64,000 bases of DNA from the human T2T-CHM13v2.0 reference genome, Homo sapiens. Made by a program: the position numbers and the translations under genes. Where the stretch lies: assembly GCF_009914755.1 (NCBI RefSeq), contig NC_060927.1. One strand, written 5' to 3'. Shown here one piece after another: positions 61,661 through 64,000 of the stretch. The notes below the pieces were generated by a model that saw nothing but the letters and a program-made list of their open reading frames with translations, was not told where the DNA came from and did no database searches. Position 1 is the first letter of the stretch; each line of letters opens with the position of its first letter.

Positions 61661-62370
61661 CCTTTACTACTTTTGACTCTTCTTCCAGTACTGGATTCAA
61701 GATAAGCATTTAGGAGGTTATTGCTATATTCCAGGCAACAGCTGGTGGTTGTTTGGCCTTTCTGCTAAGGTGGTTTTTCTGTTGTTCCTTGTAAGTTTAA
61801 TATTCATTCTTACAGATGGAGTATGATTTAATTCACGTTGGAGAATAGGCCTTAGCAAAGACTGAGGTAATATATTTTATTACTAATTACAAAATTTTTC
61901 ATTATTTTTTAAAAATAATATGTATTTACTTAGTAGGCACTTAATAAATACATGTAAATTATAAATATAAGGCTAAAAGAGACAATAATGGAATAGCATT
62001 TTTTTCCATTGATGGAAGTATTTATGATAATTTATCCAGTTAGAAAATAATCTCTAGTTCCTTGTCAATGATAATAGCACATTTCCAAGAGTCAGTTCTT
62101 GTTTTCTTAAGAAGAGTTGACTCTGATAAGCTATCACACCAACTGTACTAGACTCCAAACTCATTACTGTGAACTATTCAATGGTGATGTGTTTCAATAC
62201 ACCTTTTTACTGAGGTGTGTAACACACACAAAGACACACACACACATATAAACATAAACATATACATATATATCCTGTTGATGTTTTACAAGCTCGTCAG
62301 TCCGTTACTTGAGCAGTTACTTGAGCACCTAAACTCAATTCAATTATTTTTCTTTAAAAAAAATTTTTTT

Positions 62371-62510
62371 GAGCCTGGAATGGTGGTGCATGCCTATTGT
62401 CCCAAGCTACCCTGGGAGCTGAGGCAGAAGGATTGCTTGAGCTCAGGAGTTCCAAGCCAGCCTGGGCAACATAGCAAGACCTCGTCTTTAAAAAATAAGT
62501 AAATAAAAAC
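62371..62510 (+). mobile_element. FLAM_A-like monomer
   Basis: gctgaggcagaaggattgcttgagctcaggagtt...ctgggcaacatagcaagacc, then an A-rich tail. Confidence 0.85.
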
Positions 62511-63379
62511 TTTAAAAATTTTTCAGATTTATTTGTCTAAAAAGAATTATTTTTTATTTTCACATGTATAAATAAAATATTAAAATTAATTTTAAAATAT
62601 ATTACAAAAATAAATTTACTTATTTGTACAGAAAAGCTTTGTTTTAGTCACATAACACTATTGATTTTGATTATGATAATTGTTCAATAAAGTCAAGTCC
62701 CCTAGGCACAGTCTTCTTAATTGTATCCACTTTAGTTACATAAATAAAAAGCTAAATAGTCATTCATTTTACTGTTGCATTTGCAACCTTTGCCAAGTTA
62801 CTATCACATTAAATAGTGGTTTTGTTTCTAAAAATATAGCCTATATATACATAGACCATACCAGTGTGCATTAATTGGAGTTTATTAAAGACATAGCTTT
62901 TCTTTGAGCTTAAGGTTTATTCCAGCCTAAATAGTCTAATCACTAAAATAAAAAAGCAAATACTGAGCAGTTTACTGACATTCCATAGAAGATAGAATAA
63001 GACTTAAGTGTGTGAGAACAGTACAACATTTCTGATGGTTTCTTTTTTAAAATAAAAACCAGCAACTTCAAAATTCTGCTAGACAAACTGCTACTAAGAG
63101 GGCTTTTGTAGCTGAGCCTGTCACTACGCTATATAGTGACCAAAAGGGCAGATTCTGAGTCATGATAACATTCTAGGAGATGTCAACAGTCAAAATAAAA
63201 TCAAACTATATGTCATCTGGAAAGCTGAGATAAAGACCAAGAGATCTTGGAACGTTTAGAAGCAGCCCAGGTGTGACATGAGTGAGGACTCTAAGAAGAA
63301 AAACTTCACAGCTGTTTGTAACTTTCTCACAACTGCTTCACATTTCTCTAGCATGGAATGGAAAGTATAGAAATGAAGA

Positions 63380-63520
63380 AAATCAGAACTGGAAAGGACC
63401 TTAAAACCCTTGTTTTACAGATAAGGAAACGGAGGCCCAACGAGCACCAAACACTTGCCTAAAGTCACACAACTAGAGTTAACCATAGGACTGAAATTGG
63501 AATTTGGAACTCCTATTTTC
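63380..63520 (-). mobile_element. MIR
   Basis: ttttacagataaggaaacggaggccca...acttgcctaaagtcacaca. Confidence 0.75.
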
Positions 63521-64000
63521 TAGTTTAATATTATTTTCTCTACTCTTTTTGGGCATTTTGACTGTATAGTATTGGAGTTGTACCAAAAGGAAAAGAGCTG
63601 GCTTGGATGAGAAAGGGATCTATGCCACCAGAAGTCAGTGATCAGGCCAAAACTAGACAGTGGCTCCCTGGCATGCGTGTTGGTTTTCCATGAAAGAAAC
63701 TTGGACTCATTGTCCTCTAAGAGCTTTTCCAACTCTAATTGTAATGAGTATTGATAATTTTCATCATATTTGTAATAGGGTAATGATTCGTCCTCCCTAC
63801 TTAAGGCATTATTGCTCATTCTCATTCATGCATGTCTCATCTACTCTAGTCTTTTCTCAGAACCTGTTTTCCCGTTGAGAGCACCTGTTCCAAAGTTGCT
63901 TAGTAATGCAGTGTGACTAAAAAAGCAGGCTAAGACTCCAAGTTCAGTTCACCATTTGGAATCATGAGTAATCATTGTCCCCACAACTAATTTAACCTTC

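Overview
This is primate (human-like) nuclear DNA, AT-rich, non-coding and dense in repeats. I find no protein-coding gene, RNA gene, CpG island or prokaryotic system. The supplied ORFs are Alu, L1, LTR or microsatellite translations, or chance ORFs. The window holds about 24 Alu or monomer copies (many with readable target-site duplications, TSDs), old L1 pieces, L2/MIR/CR1 remnants, MER5/MER20/MER58/Made/Tigger DNA-transposon fossils and microsatellites. The largest structure is a 5'-inverted (twin-primed) L1PB-like insertion at 24.8-30.7 kb, into which a complete THE1A-like LTR element later inserted. The largest L1 pieces and the THE1 element lie on the minus strand and the best splice signals lie on the plus strand, which suggests a long intron of a plus-strand gene. 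That is inference, and I cannot name the gene. Best leads: a textbook recursive-splice-site motif at 43467-43474, a short insertion at 14.9 kb apparently copied from 12.5 kb, a cluster of three palindromes at 31.35 kb, two dispersed local duplications not explained by repeats I recognise, and close inverted Alu pairs. I did not find a convincingly new biological system. Repeat subfamily calls rest on remembered consensus diagnostics and should be confirmed with RepeatMasker/Dfam. Boundaries of old elements are approximate.
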